Below, one piece after another: positions 40,769 to 53,599 of a stretch of 64,000 nt of DNA. A model generated the notes under the pieces. That model did not search any database. It saw nothing but the letters and a program-made list of their open reading frames with translations, and was not told the DNA's origin. The stretch is taken from NCBI RefSeq assembly GCF_001194135.2, contig NC_069002.1:535958-599957 (forward strand), given 5' to 3'. This stretch comes from Octopus bimaculoides. Its lineage: Eukaryota. How positions within the stretch are numbered: position 1 is the first letter of the stretch; each line of letters opens with the position of its first letter. The position numbers and the translations under genes were made by a program.

Positions 40769-40962
40769 CGTATATACATGTGTACCTACATATGCAGATA
40801 CACGCACTTAATCACTGTCGTATTGCATATATTGACAGACAAATATGTTTCGTGTACAAAATACACACTACATGANNNNNNNNNNAAATATGTTTCGTGT
40901 ACAAAATACACACTACATGAAACAAACAAACGGAATTATCTTCTCATATGTCTTCCTGTAAT

Positions 40963-41026
<64 letters not shown>

Positions 41027-41629
41027 TATATAAAGAAATGTGTACGCTTTCAACTAACGCACATGCACTCATACAAAAATACATACATGTGTATACGTAC
41101 ACACATATATACATGTGTGTATATATATTTATATATACACATATGCATACATACACGTACATATGCGCGTATACAAACACACCACACACATACATACACA
41201 CGCACTCACATATCAGGTGGGTGGGACACGATTATCTGATAGTGTACACGTGTCCCTCTGTGTGAAAAAACCCCAAATATCATGTGTGTGTATGTGTATG
41301 CTGCCACGCACACGTATCTGCATATGATATAAAATGCGTGTGTGTGTGTGTATGAACTCTACTACTACTACTACTACTACACAAATACCACCAACCGCCG
41401 CCACAGCCACCACCACTACCAGCGACAACAACCACTCTAACTACTCCCCACTTCCTCCCCTTCTAGTTTGTTTGACTTCTCTCATTCGAGTCAATTTTCA
41501 TTTCATTAACGCCGTTACTCTCTTACCGATCACCACTACTACCACTACTACTACTACTACTATTACTACTACTACTAATAATAATAATGAAAATAATAAT
41601 AATGAAAATAATAATAATGACGATGTTTT

Positions 41630-41895
41630 CTTTGTTAACCACTGAGGGTTCACAAAAACAATGGGCACGGCATGGGCCTCTACAACGTGGGGGTTACATG
41701 AAAGCCGAGCAATTTTGAGCGGTGGGCTCATTCGACTAAGCTGACCTAAGTACATCACTGGTACTTCAATTTCCCGACCTCCAAAGGGTGAATGTGCAAA
41801 GCTGACGTCAGTGGGATTCGAGCGCAGAACGTAAAGAGGCGGAATAAATGCCGCAAAGCCATTTTTGTTCGACGCTCTGACGATTCTACCAGCCA
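41630..41895 (-). mobile_element. SINE family A-related variant with extended 3' region
   Basis: The minus strand reads GGCTGGTAGAATCGTCAGAGCGTCG...GCGGCATTT...TTACGTTCTGCGCTCGAATCCC...AAGTACCAGTG, followed by an extra tail. Confidence 0.7.
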
Positions 41896-42107
41896 TGATG
41901 CTGATGATGCTGATGATAACAAGCGTAATAATAATCGTTACTGCTTCAGCTTTATAGACAGACCACATTCGCGTATGCATCTCTGTCTGCCCATACACAC
42001 ACACACTTTTATAATAGACACGGAGAGCGAGAAGTACTAAAATCTGCCCCATCCTCTCTCCTTTTCTCTCTCCTTCTTCCTCTCTCTTTACCCAGTCTCT
42101 ATATATG

Positions 42108-42146
<39 letters not shown>

Positions 42147-43308
42147 GCGCGCGCGCACACACATGTTTGTGCGTAAGTGTGCTCGCGGCGCGTGTATATG
42201 TGTGTACCTGTGGTGCACAAATAGATATGTGTACATATACACAGATTCATACATTCTTTATACAAACATACATACATACACCATACTCACAGTCAATATC
42301 TTTCCACCAAGAGATAACGAGATATACAGAGAGAGAGAGAGAGAGAGGGGAGAGAGAGAGAAAGAGAGAGAGAGAGATGGGGGAGAAGCGAGGAGACAAA
42401 GTTAATGAGAGACAGACCGACAGAGAGAAACACGAGACGAGGCAGGATGGAGGAGGAGGAGGAGGAGGCGAAGAAACGGGTGGGTGGGTGAAAGTGGAGG
42501 TTGGTAGTCAAGTGACCGATAACTCCATTATATTTGTCTTGGTGGTTGTTGTGAGAGGGCGCTCGTTGATCGTTCACCTCTGACCCCGATAATGCTATTT
42601 TTATACAGCCCCAAGGTTGTGTGTTTTTCCATATTAGGGGCCTCGTTCAGCAAAATCCAAAGAGAGATTTTTTCTTCCGGCACATATCTGAGATTAAGAA
42701 CTTAGAATAATTCGTTCGGTTCTTTTCTCTAAATTGGCCAAAGCAGAGACACTTAAGCGCGCTTTAAGAGACTCAATTGATAAACGTCGAGCAGAAGCGG
42801 GAGAAAGGACGCAGGAGCGCGGCCATTAGTGGAGGGAGGAGGAGGAGGAGGCTCAAATGAAGAGCAAGGAGTTTGAGGAAGGCCGGAGATAATGAGGTTG
42901 AAGAGAAGGAGAGGAGGAAAGAAAATGAGGAAGTGGGTAGTTAGGGGAGGTAGGCGTGAGGTTTGTGGACGCGCGCGCTGATAGAGATCCCATGTTCTAC
43001 GTTGCTGTTTGTTGTTGTTGTTGGCGGTGGTGGTGGTAGTGATGTTGTTGAAGGAGAGATTAATAGAGTGTGGAGTGTGAGTGTGCGAGGTGAGAGAGAG
43101 AGAGAGCGAGAGGGGGGAGGAAGTAGAGAGAGAGGCTCAAATTGAAAGAGTGATTGAGAGGAGGAATAGATTTTGGAAAAGAGATAGAGACAAAAGGGGT
43201 GGGGGTGGATTTGAATTTTAGGAATAGGGTCAGGGACAGGGATAAGTTTAGGGTTAGACAAACTTGTGAATTGTGATGGCTTGCTGGGTTGATACACAAA
43301 GAAATGGA

Positions 43309-43371
<63 letters not shown>

Positions 43372-43529
43372 TGAAGTTGCCTGAGGATTTATAGAGGTTC
43401 ACTTTATGTCCAAACTATGGCGAAGATCTTACTAAAATCGTGTAACCTGCACTAGCACCGGATTAAGCAGGACTTCGAACGTACGATCACACATTGTCAT
43501 TGATAACAGTCGAAACCAAAACCTTACAA

Positions 43530-43680
43530 ACGTTCGCTTCCAAACTCCATGTTTCTGGATTCTAGTTTAATCCCAGGGCGTGGCATCTTGGGCAACTATC
43601 TTCCACTATAGTCGAAGGCCAGCCAAAGCCATGAGATTGAATAGGATGGACGGAAACTAAACGAGGCCCGTCATGTGTAT
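43530..43680 (+). mobile_element. SINE family B (CORE-like, OR2-type candidate)
   Basis: CGCTTCC...GGCGTGGCATCTTGGGCAACTATCTTCCACTATAG...CCAAAGCC...GGACGGAAACTAAACGAGGCCCGTC. The segment (A)CCTTGGGCAA resembles the CORE-SINE domain. A second copy is at 49187-49343. Confidence 0.7.
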
Positions 43681-44384
43681 GTGTATGTGTGTGTGTGTGT
43701 CTGTGTGTGTGTGTGCGCGCAGCTACACACATAGGGAGGAGAATAAAGCTGAGAGAGTGAATAAAACTAAGAAATGAGACGATAAGAAAGAAAGAAAGAA
43801 AGAAAGAAAGGAAGAAAGAATGAAAAAAAGCAAGAAGATGAAGAACGGTGATTACATGTTACTCAAAATATGGCGACGAAACAAGGAAATCAGAAGATAA
43901 ATGAGTATTTTGGCTGTCGAAGGGGATTTAGGGGGTAATAGCTTGGGACGACGGGGGTTGATGAGAAAAAGCTAAGTGGCTGATTTAGGGGATTGAGGAG
44001 GGAGAAATTGTGACATCCTGTATAAAGAACAAGGATTGCAGAGAGGGCTCTGTAAAGAGCGGTGGGTTGAGTTAGGGTTATGNNNNNNNNNNNNNNNNNN
44101 NNNNNNNNNNNNNNNNNNNNNNNNNNNNNNNNNNNNNNNNNNNNNNNNNNNNNNNNNNNNNNNNNNNNNNNNNNNNNNNNNNNNNNNNNNNNNNNNNNNN
44201 NNNNNNNNNNNNNNNNNNNNNNNNNNNNNNNNNNNNNNNNNNNNNNNNNNNNNNNNNNNNNNNNNNNNNNNNNNNNNNNNNNNNNNNNNNNNNNNNNNNN
44301 NNNNNNNNNNNNNNNNNTATATATATATATAGTTAAAAAAAACAATAACAAAAAAACAAAAAAACAACAAAGTGAGGACGTGAT

Positions 44385-44470
44385 ATGGATAGTATTATTG
44401 GACGCTCAGGAAAGGAAAGAGAGAGTGTATGACGTTTCGGGCGTAGCCCTTCGTCGGAAAGATGGAAAGT
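44385..44470 (-). mobile_element. Penelope-like element terminal-repeat fragment carrying a degenerate minimal hammerhead ribozyme motif
   Basis: The minus strand reads TTT-CCGACGA-A-GGGC-TAC-GCCC-GAAA-CGTC-A: a hammerhead core, a stem II hairpin and a palindromic ACGT helix III. Confidence 0.6.
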
Positions 44471-44928
44471 ATACGTTTGTTTTTATGTTCAGTTATAAGA
44501 GAAACAATTTTAAGTTAATCTGATGGGGAAGTCTATACTTTTATAGCGTACAAATTTATCATTCTTAAACAAGAATGTTGCTGACAGTGACTTCGAAACT
44601 TCAGGCAGTTCAGCTTGCAGTATATGCAGTACACAATTGGATTCTTGACCTTAGTTGTTTGCCCCTCCATCAGGCGCGATGGCTATGTCTTCCTGGATCA
44701 AGCTCTTTGTTTGGATCGTTTTGACTTTACGTTTTTATATTTGTTTTCTAAGTTCCTAAGTGTATCTGGATCACACTCCATAACACGCAGTCTGTCTGCC
44801 TGCCTTGATCTCTATCTCGGGATCAGTCTATCTATATCCCTGTTAATCTGTCTGGATTAACCGCTGCATCGTTTCTTACTATCGAGATAACTATCTCAAT
44901 GTTTCTCTGTGACACGAGTGATATACGT

Positions 44929-44965
<37 letters not shown>

Positions 44966-45289
44966 TACACACGTAATTTCAAACACATTCCAATTACAGA
45001 CACACAGCCTCAAACACACATACGCAAACATGCAAACGTATACGCAGACTAACGTTCACAGCAATAAGTCCTAAGAACTCAAATAACACATACAGACTCG
45101 TATGCAAGCGCATACCTAATGACACACATATACATGCATACAAAACCACACAACATACACACAAACACTCACTCATTCTGAGAGAGAGACAGAAGGAGAG
45201 AGACATCGGAAGCGTTCTTATCTGTTCCGGCATCCTTCATCTTAAATGAAATTTTTTTAATGTTCCAGATTATATTTCTGTCAAAAAAG

Positions 45290-45425
45290 GGCGGCAAATG
45301 TTAGAAATGATGAAGCCCCGGATTAAAAGCCTTTGTGGACCTATTTAATTCCAAACACTTACGTTCTGGGTTCAAATCACGTAGGACCTCAACAACATAT
45401 TTCACCCTTGAGAGATCGATAATAG
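45290..45425 (+). mobile_element. Old SINE family A-like remnant
   Basis: GGCGGCAAATGTTAGAAATG...TTACGTTCTGGGTTCAAATC...TTTCACCCTTGAGAGATCGATA. Confidence 0.55.
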
Positions 45426-46365
45426 ATATAGATGGTAGTGAATTAAATAGGCGGGATTGATTGAATCACAACAGCCCGTCTGCGGATCTACACTGTCCTC
45501 CTCCTCCTCCCCCACCATTCTTTTCTCCCTCGAACAATATACCTGGTCCTTTGTAAATACTGAACTGGATCTTTTATAATTACCTGAAGAGCAATCATTA
45601 GGTGAAACGATAAACGTCTATCGTAAGAGCCCCCAACCTATTTCCCACCAGAAAAACTCCAAAACGGAAGAGTGCTTTGCAAAGACTTATCTGTATTCAA
45701 ATCCAGACGCAGTTGACTTCAGTGAATGAGTTTCCAAAGGATTGCTGTAAAGTTATTATCTTCACATCGACTACACATCTACACACGCATTTATGCACTT
45801 TATTTCCGCATATGTATCCATGTAAATCTACCTATGTGAATACACACACACACACACATATATATATCTATATATATACAGATATGCATACATACATACA
45901 TATGCATGCATACATATATATACATATATACATACATATATGCATACATATGTGTGTGCATATATATATATGCATATATATGTATGTATGCATGTGTGTA
46001 AATGTGTCTACTGGCATACACATGCGCACGCGCACACACAGCGACACAAATGCGTGAGCGGTTTTGCTGCAAGCCCATGTCTTGCACCACAAGTGAAATT
46101 AACAGAAAAGTGTGTATTCTTGCCATGTTTTGTTGAGATCAATTGGGAAGCATTTAGTCGGAATCTTTTGAGCATGTTGTTGTTGTTCTATTCCTTTATC
46201 TTATTGTTGTTGTTTGCTTTCCTTCTTTTCCTATTCTGTTTCTTTAAAGTTATCTCATTGAAGAATGATCGTCAAATAGGTTTTAAAAATGTGAGGTGGG
46301 TTTGGCAGCCAGACGAGCGAGGTATGTGTAGATGTGGGGAAGGGGTGTGTGCGCAGCATTCGCCT

Positions 46366-46419
<54 letters not shown>

Positions 46420-46551
46420 GTGTGCGTGAAAGACAGAGACAGAGATTGTGGGTGAACAGTTGTTGATGGATGCACATAATGGTTTGAATGCAGCGAAGCA
46501 GAGAGGTGGATTCGAGAGATTCGGTGGGGAGAGCAGGGAAATTAAAATGAC

Positions 46552-46588
<37 letters not shown>

Positions 46589-46712
46589 AAGAGGAGCAGG
46601 TGAACGATGCTGATGATAATGATGATGACGACGATGATGATGGGGATGAGGAAGATAGCAATGGCGATAATGGCGTTGATAACAGTAATAATACTGATTC
46701 TTCTTCTTCTTC

Positions 46713-47118
46713 GTACGATTAAGCGAGAGAGCAGTGGATGCCATCAAAGTGACACTGGGGTACAAATATACGAAGCCCATTATACCCATCATGACTAAAC
46801 ATCTGATTAGGGTACACCAGGCAAATGCATCACAACCGTATGTGTGCGGCGACATGGTGATCTCATATCAAGATAAACAGCGCATGACCTTGCAGGTGGG
46901 GCCCATCCCACTCAAAAGGTCCCTGAATAAGGGTTGTTTGAGGATGTTGCACGAAACACCAATGTTTCCAAAGGTAAATTGTCCAAACCCCAAAGGATCC
47001 CTTGAAGCACATGGCTATGATTCTCCCCGTCAAGACAAAACAAGGCACATGATAACACCTCCAATCTATTAAGATCAGAAACCATGAGAGCCACTGCCTG
47101 GTACTGCATCCGGGCATT
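46713..47118. mobile_element. ~400-bp complex interspersed repeat (probable retroposon fragment)
   Basis: A microsatellite-free, GC-balanced block starting at a (TTC)n tract (GAGAGCAGTGGATGCCATCAAAGTGACACTGGGG...). Recognised from memory as a recurrent octopus repeat; no recognisable ORF. Confidence 0.4.
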
Positions 47119-47122
47119 TTCA

Positions 47123-47157
<35 letters not shown>

Positions 47158-47192
47158 GGCGGTGAACTGGCAGAATCGTCACCACATCGGGA
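47158..47192 (+). mobile_element. SINE family A head only
   Basis: GGCGGTGAACTGGCAGAATCGTCA immediately after (ATT)n plus AA. Confidence 0.7.
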
Positions 47193-47901
47193 GATACATA
47201 TATACATATATATACATATATATATATGTGTGTGTGCGTGTGTGTGAATGTTTTAAATATGTGTGTGTGTGTGTGCTGAAGATATATTCTGTTTCTCATG
47301 TCAGAAGAATCCTAACAATATCGCTTTTATGGTTAACGATGTCATCACCACCGCCACCACCACCGCCACCNNNNNNNNNNNNNNNNNNNNNNNNNNNNNN
47401 NNNNNNNNNNNNNNNNNNNNNNNNNNNNNNNNNNNNNNNNNNNNNNNNNNNNNNNNNNNNNNNNNNNNNNNNNNNNNNNNNNNNNNNNNNNNNNNNNNNN
47501 NNNNNNNNNNNNNNNNNNNNNNNNNNNNNNNNNNNNNNNNNNNNNNNNNNNNNNNNNNNNNNNNNNNNNNNNNNNNNNNNNNNNNNNNNNNNNNNNNNNN
47601 NNNNNNNNNNNNNNNNNNNNNNNNNNNNNNNNNNNNNNNNNNNNNNNNNNNNNNNNNNNNNNNNNNNNNNNNNNNNNNNNNNNNNNNNNNNNNNNNNNNN
47701 NNNNNNNNNNNNNNNNNNNNNNNNNNNNNNNNNNNNNNNNNNNNNNNNNNNNNNNNNNNNNNNNNNNNNNNNNNNNNNNNNNNNNNNNNNNNNNNNNNNN
47801 NNNATATATATATATGAAATACGTGCCTTTATACTCATAACACATACATACATACACATATATATATAGTTATATCCGGGTGTGTGAGTGTGTACTTGTG
47901 C

Positions 47902-47954
<53 letters not shown>

Positions 47955-48099
47955 CCACCAATATTATCGGAAAGAGTCGTGCCTCCACACTCCGCTGTGG
48001 TCATATTCATGAGGCGTCACAGTTCCGATATGATAACGTCCGGACATATTCAAAGCCTTTACAGAAACCATATTTGGCTAAATTAGAGACGGAAATCTC

Positions 48100-48150
48100 A
48101 GTGTAATCGGAATGACTGCTAGAAATAGCAGCTAATCTCACTGAAGTCAC
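48100..48150 (+). repeat. Interspersed repeat family D fragment
   Basis: In-window similarity to 36025-36075. Confidence 0.5.
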
Positions 48151-48900
48151 TAAATGAATAACTTGAGTGAGTTAGAAACAAGAAAAAGCAGAGACGGAGG
48201 TTTCGAAAGATGGAGAGAGTGAGAGGGGGAGATAGGGAGCGAGAGAGAAGGAGAGATTGACAGAGGATGAAAAGTGAGAGTTAAAAACGTCACAAAGGTC
48301 GTGAGAGAGAGAGAGAAAAAGAAAGAAAGGATATAAGCATGTATTGAAAGAAGAGGAGGAAAAGAGAGAGAGAGAGAGAAAGGGAGGAGAGTAGTAAAAA
48401 GAGAGCAAAGGCGGAGAAAGAGAGGAGGGAGAGGAAGGGAATAGTGAGAAGATATATAACCATGTATCGGGGGAAAAGATAAAAGAGAGAGTAGAAGAGA
48501 GCGAGAGGAGAAAGTTAGAAAGGAAGAAAAGAGAGAGAGAGAGAGAGAGAGAGAGGGGGAAAGAGAGCAGAGGGAGAGAAAGAGAGAGCAGAGGGAGGTG
48601 TAATTTTTCGGCTGATTAACCTGATAACAACTTAAAGTGATCCCTTGTTTGGTCACACACTAATTTGATTGGTATCCAGACGACAGGCGCATTGTCCTGG
48701 CTTTGTTCATAATCTATGTATTTATATGTCTGTGTACGAGCCTGGCTACGCGCGTACGAGTGTGTACGTGCATGCATGTGTGTATGTGACATCACCGTAA
48801 TGGAGAAAGAGTTGTGCGGAGTAACACTTCACACATCTTTTCTGGTTGCCTTTCTTTTCTTCTTTAATATTCTCGTCAACTTTTTTTATTCCCCACTTTC

Positions 48901-48950
<50 letters not shown>

Positions 48951-49186
48951 GTTCCTTAAATACACGGTCATATTTTAACATTCTGTTGATTGTCCACGGA
49001 CGGCGGCGATGCCGGGAGATCGCCTTGAATGGTTTTACATGCAAAAATCAACCCTAATACTTCGTTATTTTAAAAGTTTGGTAGTGTCGATTTCATTTGT
49101 CGCACCAGTAGGTTATATGGATGTAAACAAACCAACGCAAGTTGTCAAGTGGTGGGCGGACAAACAGACACAAAGACACACACACA

Positions 49187-49343
49187 TATGACAGACCTCC
49201 ATACAGTTTCCGTCTACCAAATTCACTCCTAAGTCATTCTTTGCCTGGGCTCGAGTACAAGATATTTGTCTAAGGTGCCGTGTGGTGAGAAAGAACCCAA
49301 AACCACGAAATTACCAAGCGAAATTCTTAACCTCACGGGCATG
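49187..49343 (-). mobile_element. SINE family B (CORE-like)
   Basis: The minus strand reads GAGGTTAAGAATTTCGCTT...GGGTTC...CGGCACCTTAGACAAATATCTT...GAATTTGGTAGACGGAAACTG, sharing GACGGAAACT with the 43530 copy. Confidence 0.75.
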
Positions 49344-49627
49344 TTTGATTTTTCGTATTTTCTTATTACTATTTTATAACTGGCCTGGAACACTAGTATT
49401 CCTAAATTTGTATTCGATGTTTCCGGAGGTTCACAGTCTTCTTTTGAAGAATTAGACGAATATATTTGGCATCTGTGCTGTTTCTTATATATTAGATGGA
49501 CTTATTTATTAGATATAGACTTTGCCGCGAAGGTTTTCAGCAGTCACATGCTGATTAATTTATTGCGGTGACATCTTTTGTTTCCCATCAGGTCCTTATA
49601 TTAGTAACCACGGGGTTATTGTGAAAG

Positions 49628-49697
49628 ATACTTGCACAGGCCGAGGCTGAACCAGAAATCATGTGGTTGCGCAGTGAGGTGCTTAACCACACGGTCA
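49628..49697 (-). mobile_element. SINE family B, 5' fragment
   Basis: The minus strand reads ATGACCGTGTGGTTAAGCACCTCACTGCGCAACCACATGATTTCTGGTTCAG, a tRNA-like head. Confidence 0.6.
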
Positions 49698-51205
49698 TTA
49701 CTCTCTCTATTTATCTACCTGTCTATACAAACATACATACATACATACATAGCGTCAACCCATTTGCACAAAAACCAAGAAATTCTCGGTTTTATTGAGA
49801 AAGAGCAAAAGAAACTGACGTGGATTCTCCAAATCTAATTTATTAGTGGCACAGTGAAGATCTGTGTGACATTCCCAAAATTCTCCACCCGAGATTCATT
49901 TAGTGAACAGGGTTATGCACTTGGGTGTACGCATCGACAGTTCAAGCAACACACAAAACTCAAACACCGGGGACTCTCTTAACTCAAAAAGAATAATCAC
50001 AAAAGAGAAAAGTTCAGCTGCAGATATAAAACAAGGCACAATTAAAAGAGGAAAGTTCTTTAAGGCAAAAATTAAAATCCGAAATGACCGGCTGCTCTTA
50101 ATTTGAGAATCATATTCGGACCTAATCGGCTGATTACGTAAGAGTTCGGTCAATCCATAATAATTGTCTTTAATAGTGAAATCATAAGAGATTTTTTTGC
50201 AGCAATGTTCGTTGTTTTTACTTTGTTGTTTTATTGTTTATTACCGTTTTGTTTTTTATTCGTTTTCTTAATTTGTTGATGGGAGAAACTTTGTTGTGCT
50301 GTGTGTGAGGGGGTGGGGGCGGAGGTAGTTGCGTAATATCGTCGTTTGTTTGAGGTTGTATGTGATGTCTGAAGGGAAACTGATTAGAGAAAGAGAGAGA
50401 AAGAGAAATAGAAAATAGGCAGAAAGGGGAGAAAAGAAGGGAGAGAGAGGTGAGAGGGTGAGAGAGAAAGATAGCAAGAAAGAGACAAAGAAGAAAAGGA
50501 ATGGAAGACACACGGCGCTTTTGGGCGCAGAATTAATTAGTAAGAACTTGGAATGGCAGCCAAAACAGGCTGAAATTAAAAGACGCGTTTAATATTGTTG
50601 CATTTTTTTCATTTTCTTTCTTTTTTTTGGGGGGGGGNNNNNNNNNNNNNNNNNNNNNNNNNNNNNNNNNNNNNNNNNNNNNNNNNNNNNNNNNNNNNNN
50701 NNNNNNNNNNNNNNNNNNNNNNNNNNNNNNNNNNNNNNNNNNNNNNNNNNNNNNNNNNNNNNNNNNNNNNNNNNNNNNNNNNNNNNNNNNNNNNNNNNNN
50801 NNNNNNNNNNNNNNNNNNNNNNNNNNNNNNNNNNNNNNNNNNNNNNNNNNNNNNNNNNNNNNNNNNNNNNNNNNNNNNNNNNNNNNNNNNNNNNNNNNNN
50901 NNNNNNNNNNNNNNNNNNNNNNNNNNNNNNNNNNNNNNNNNNNNNNNNNNNNNNNNNNNNNNNNNNNNNNNNNNNNNNNNNNNNNNNNNNNNNNNNNNNN
51001 NNNNNNNNNNNNNNNNNNNNNNNNNNNNNNNNNNNNNNNNNNNNNNNNNNNNNNNNNNNNNNNNNNNNNNNNNNNNNNNNNNNNNNNNNNNNNNNNNNNN
51101 NNNNNNNNNNNNNNNNNNNNNNNNNNNNNNNNNNNNNNNNNNNNNNNNNNNNNNNNNNNNNNNNNNNNNNNNNNNNNNNNNNNNNNNNNNNNNNNNNNNN
51201 NNNNN

Positions 51206-51236
<31 letters not shown>

Positions 51237-51388
51237 TTTTAAGTATATATATATATATATATACAGGTTTAAGTATATGTATGTATATATTTTGCATGTA
51301 TATATATGTCAGATATAAATGCATGTATATATATATAAATTTATATACATACACACATATATATACATATGTATACACACACAAAAAC

Positions 51389-51419
<31 letters not shown>

Positions 51420-52405
51420 TTTATGCATATGTATAAAGATGTATAATATATATTCTTTTTTATACGTATGTATATATATATGTGTGTGTGTGTGTACACA
51501 TATAATGGATTTATAAATAAAAATAGATTATGTACATACAGACACACAAGCGCGCGTGTGTATGTGTGTATGACATGTCGGTGTGTATGTACTTATATTA
51601 ATTTTTTTGAACTGAAGGTTCTGATAATACTTATAGAAAAAAACTCTCAAAGACAAATGAATGAGACAAAAAGGCTTATGAAACACACAGACAGAAAGAC
51701 AGACACACACGCACACACACACCATACTGCACCAGAAATAACTGAAATAATCATGACATTGGTGATGATGAGGAGGAGGAGGAAGGGGGGAGGATGACGA
51801 CCATAATGACATACTTATCTCCCCTTTCTATCATCTTACCCGCAAGGACCAATCTTTTTATACGTTTATTTTATTTTAATTTATTGGTTTTCTTCCGCAT
51901 TCTGGTAAAAGAAGCCACCACTACCACTAGCACCATCATTCTCGTCATCATCATCATCATCAAAACTCCAGAACATATTTGTTTTTAAATAAGACGAAGA
52001 AAAGCAGGAAGAGGAGGAGAGAAGGAAAAAGAAGAGAGTAAAGAAATATGGATGAAGGAATGGAGAATTATTTTTATTAGGAAAAAAATTATGATTAAGC
52101 GAAAAATTGCAATTCCCCTAAATCCACACCCAACCCATTGCAGATATGAAAGGAGAGAAATAGGGAGAGGAAGAGGGAGAGAGAGAGAGAGAGGGACGAA
52201 CCCCAACGGCGACGTGTTGGCAAAAGCAACAGATTCTTTAAGATAAATAGGGATTTTCCAGCCAATAACCTACTTATCCGCCATTTTGTTTTTAAAGCCC
52301 GTCGCCCCGCCACCCCTCTTTTTCGACACTATCCCACAATCCATAACCATACTCCAACTCCATCAACGAACACTACTACTACTACTACTACTACTGTTGT
52401 CCGCA

Positions 52406-52520
52406 CTGTCAGAATCGTTAGCATCCTGGACAAAATGCTGCTTAACGGTATTTCGTCCGTCCATATTGATGTTATGGTATTTCTGCCGGCTTTTTACGTT
52501 CTGAGTTCAAATTCTGGAAC
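52406..52520 (+). mobile_element. SINE family A 5' half with internal duplication
   Basis: CTGTCAGAATCGTTAGCATCCTGGACAAAATGC...GGTATTTCGTCC...GGTATTTCTGCC...TTACGTTCTGAGTTCAAATTC. Confidence 0.75.
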
Positions 52521-53544
52521 TGGACAAGGGTAAAAGCTGAGGATTTACAAATTGAATAAACCTCTATGCGCATGTACGTAAGCATCCTCAGCGCGCGGGT
52601 TAAGATCCGTTGATCGACGCCATTATGGTGTAAAATTGTGATAGAGTCTGTCAACAGAGGACAAAAGTATTGAAGAGTGTCGTCGTCGTTGTTATTGTTG
52701 TTATTATTGTCGCCGTCCTTGTTTACTCTCTCCCTGGCCATTAATATTCGGCATCGGCGTCCTCCTGTGTTTTCACTAAGGTGGTAACCAATGGAATATT
52801 CTCTCGATTAAGCAGAAGAGCGAAGGTCGCTCTACTTTTGTTGTTCTTAGACCCCCCCAAGTCAGGTTAGACGGAGCAAACCTTTGATCAAAGCCGTCGT
52901 TCCAAGCTGCGACCATCACATATTTTTGTATACATGTGTGTGTAGCGTGTGTATGTGTATATGAAAATATATACATATGAGATTACAACACCTAAATGTT
53001 CTTACGTGTTTGATGTTTTATGTACAAAATTCACCCATCCATTACTCCTTCCAAGTGTCTGTCTCTCGTATTGTCTATATGATCTATCTATCTATCTATC
53101 TATCGTTCGACCTAGCTAGCTACAGAATGTGTCTGAAGAACACACAAACACTTCAGCCAACACAACACCTCCTCTCTCTTTCCTTCTCCCTCCCTATCTT
53201 TCTCTCTCATATCTCTCTCCTTCCTCCCTGTCTTTAGCTCTCGTCTCTCTCTCTCTCATACATTCACTCTCCTCAGTCCAGCCTCTGTGACGTAAGTCAA
53301 CTCTCCATTTGGAATTCTTTGCAAACGTACTTGACAGGGAGATAACCTTGTACGTTAAGATACGATAGCGCGCCTAGGAGAATGTGTGAATGCATGCATG
53401 TATGTGTGTGCGGATCGATGCATGGATGGAGGGAGGGAGGGATGGATGTAGGCAAATATGTTAACTTGTGTATGTTTCTAGATATGTTTGCATCAATGTA
53501 ATGTATTTATGTAGGTTCTCCTATATGCACGCACATACACACAC

Positions 53545-53599
<55 letters not shown>

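Noticed and set aside
40841-40920. 35-bp direct repeat
   Set aside because: Identical copies flank a 10-N gap; assembly artefact.
42731-42830. bHLH-like peptide KLAKAETLKRA
   Set aside because: No basic region or helix 1 upstream (in-frame stop at 42695) and no conserved helix 2 continuation.
48987-48996. miR-219-like 5' end (TGATTGTCCA)
   Set aside because: Only 10 nt match and there is no precursor stem.
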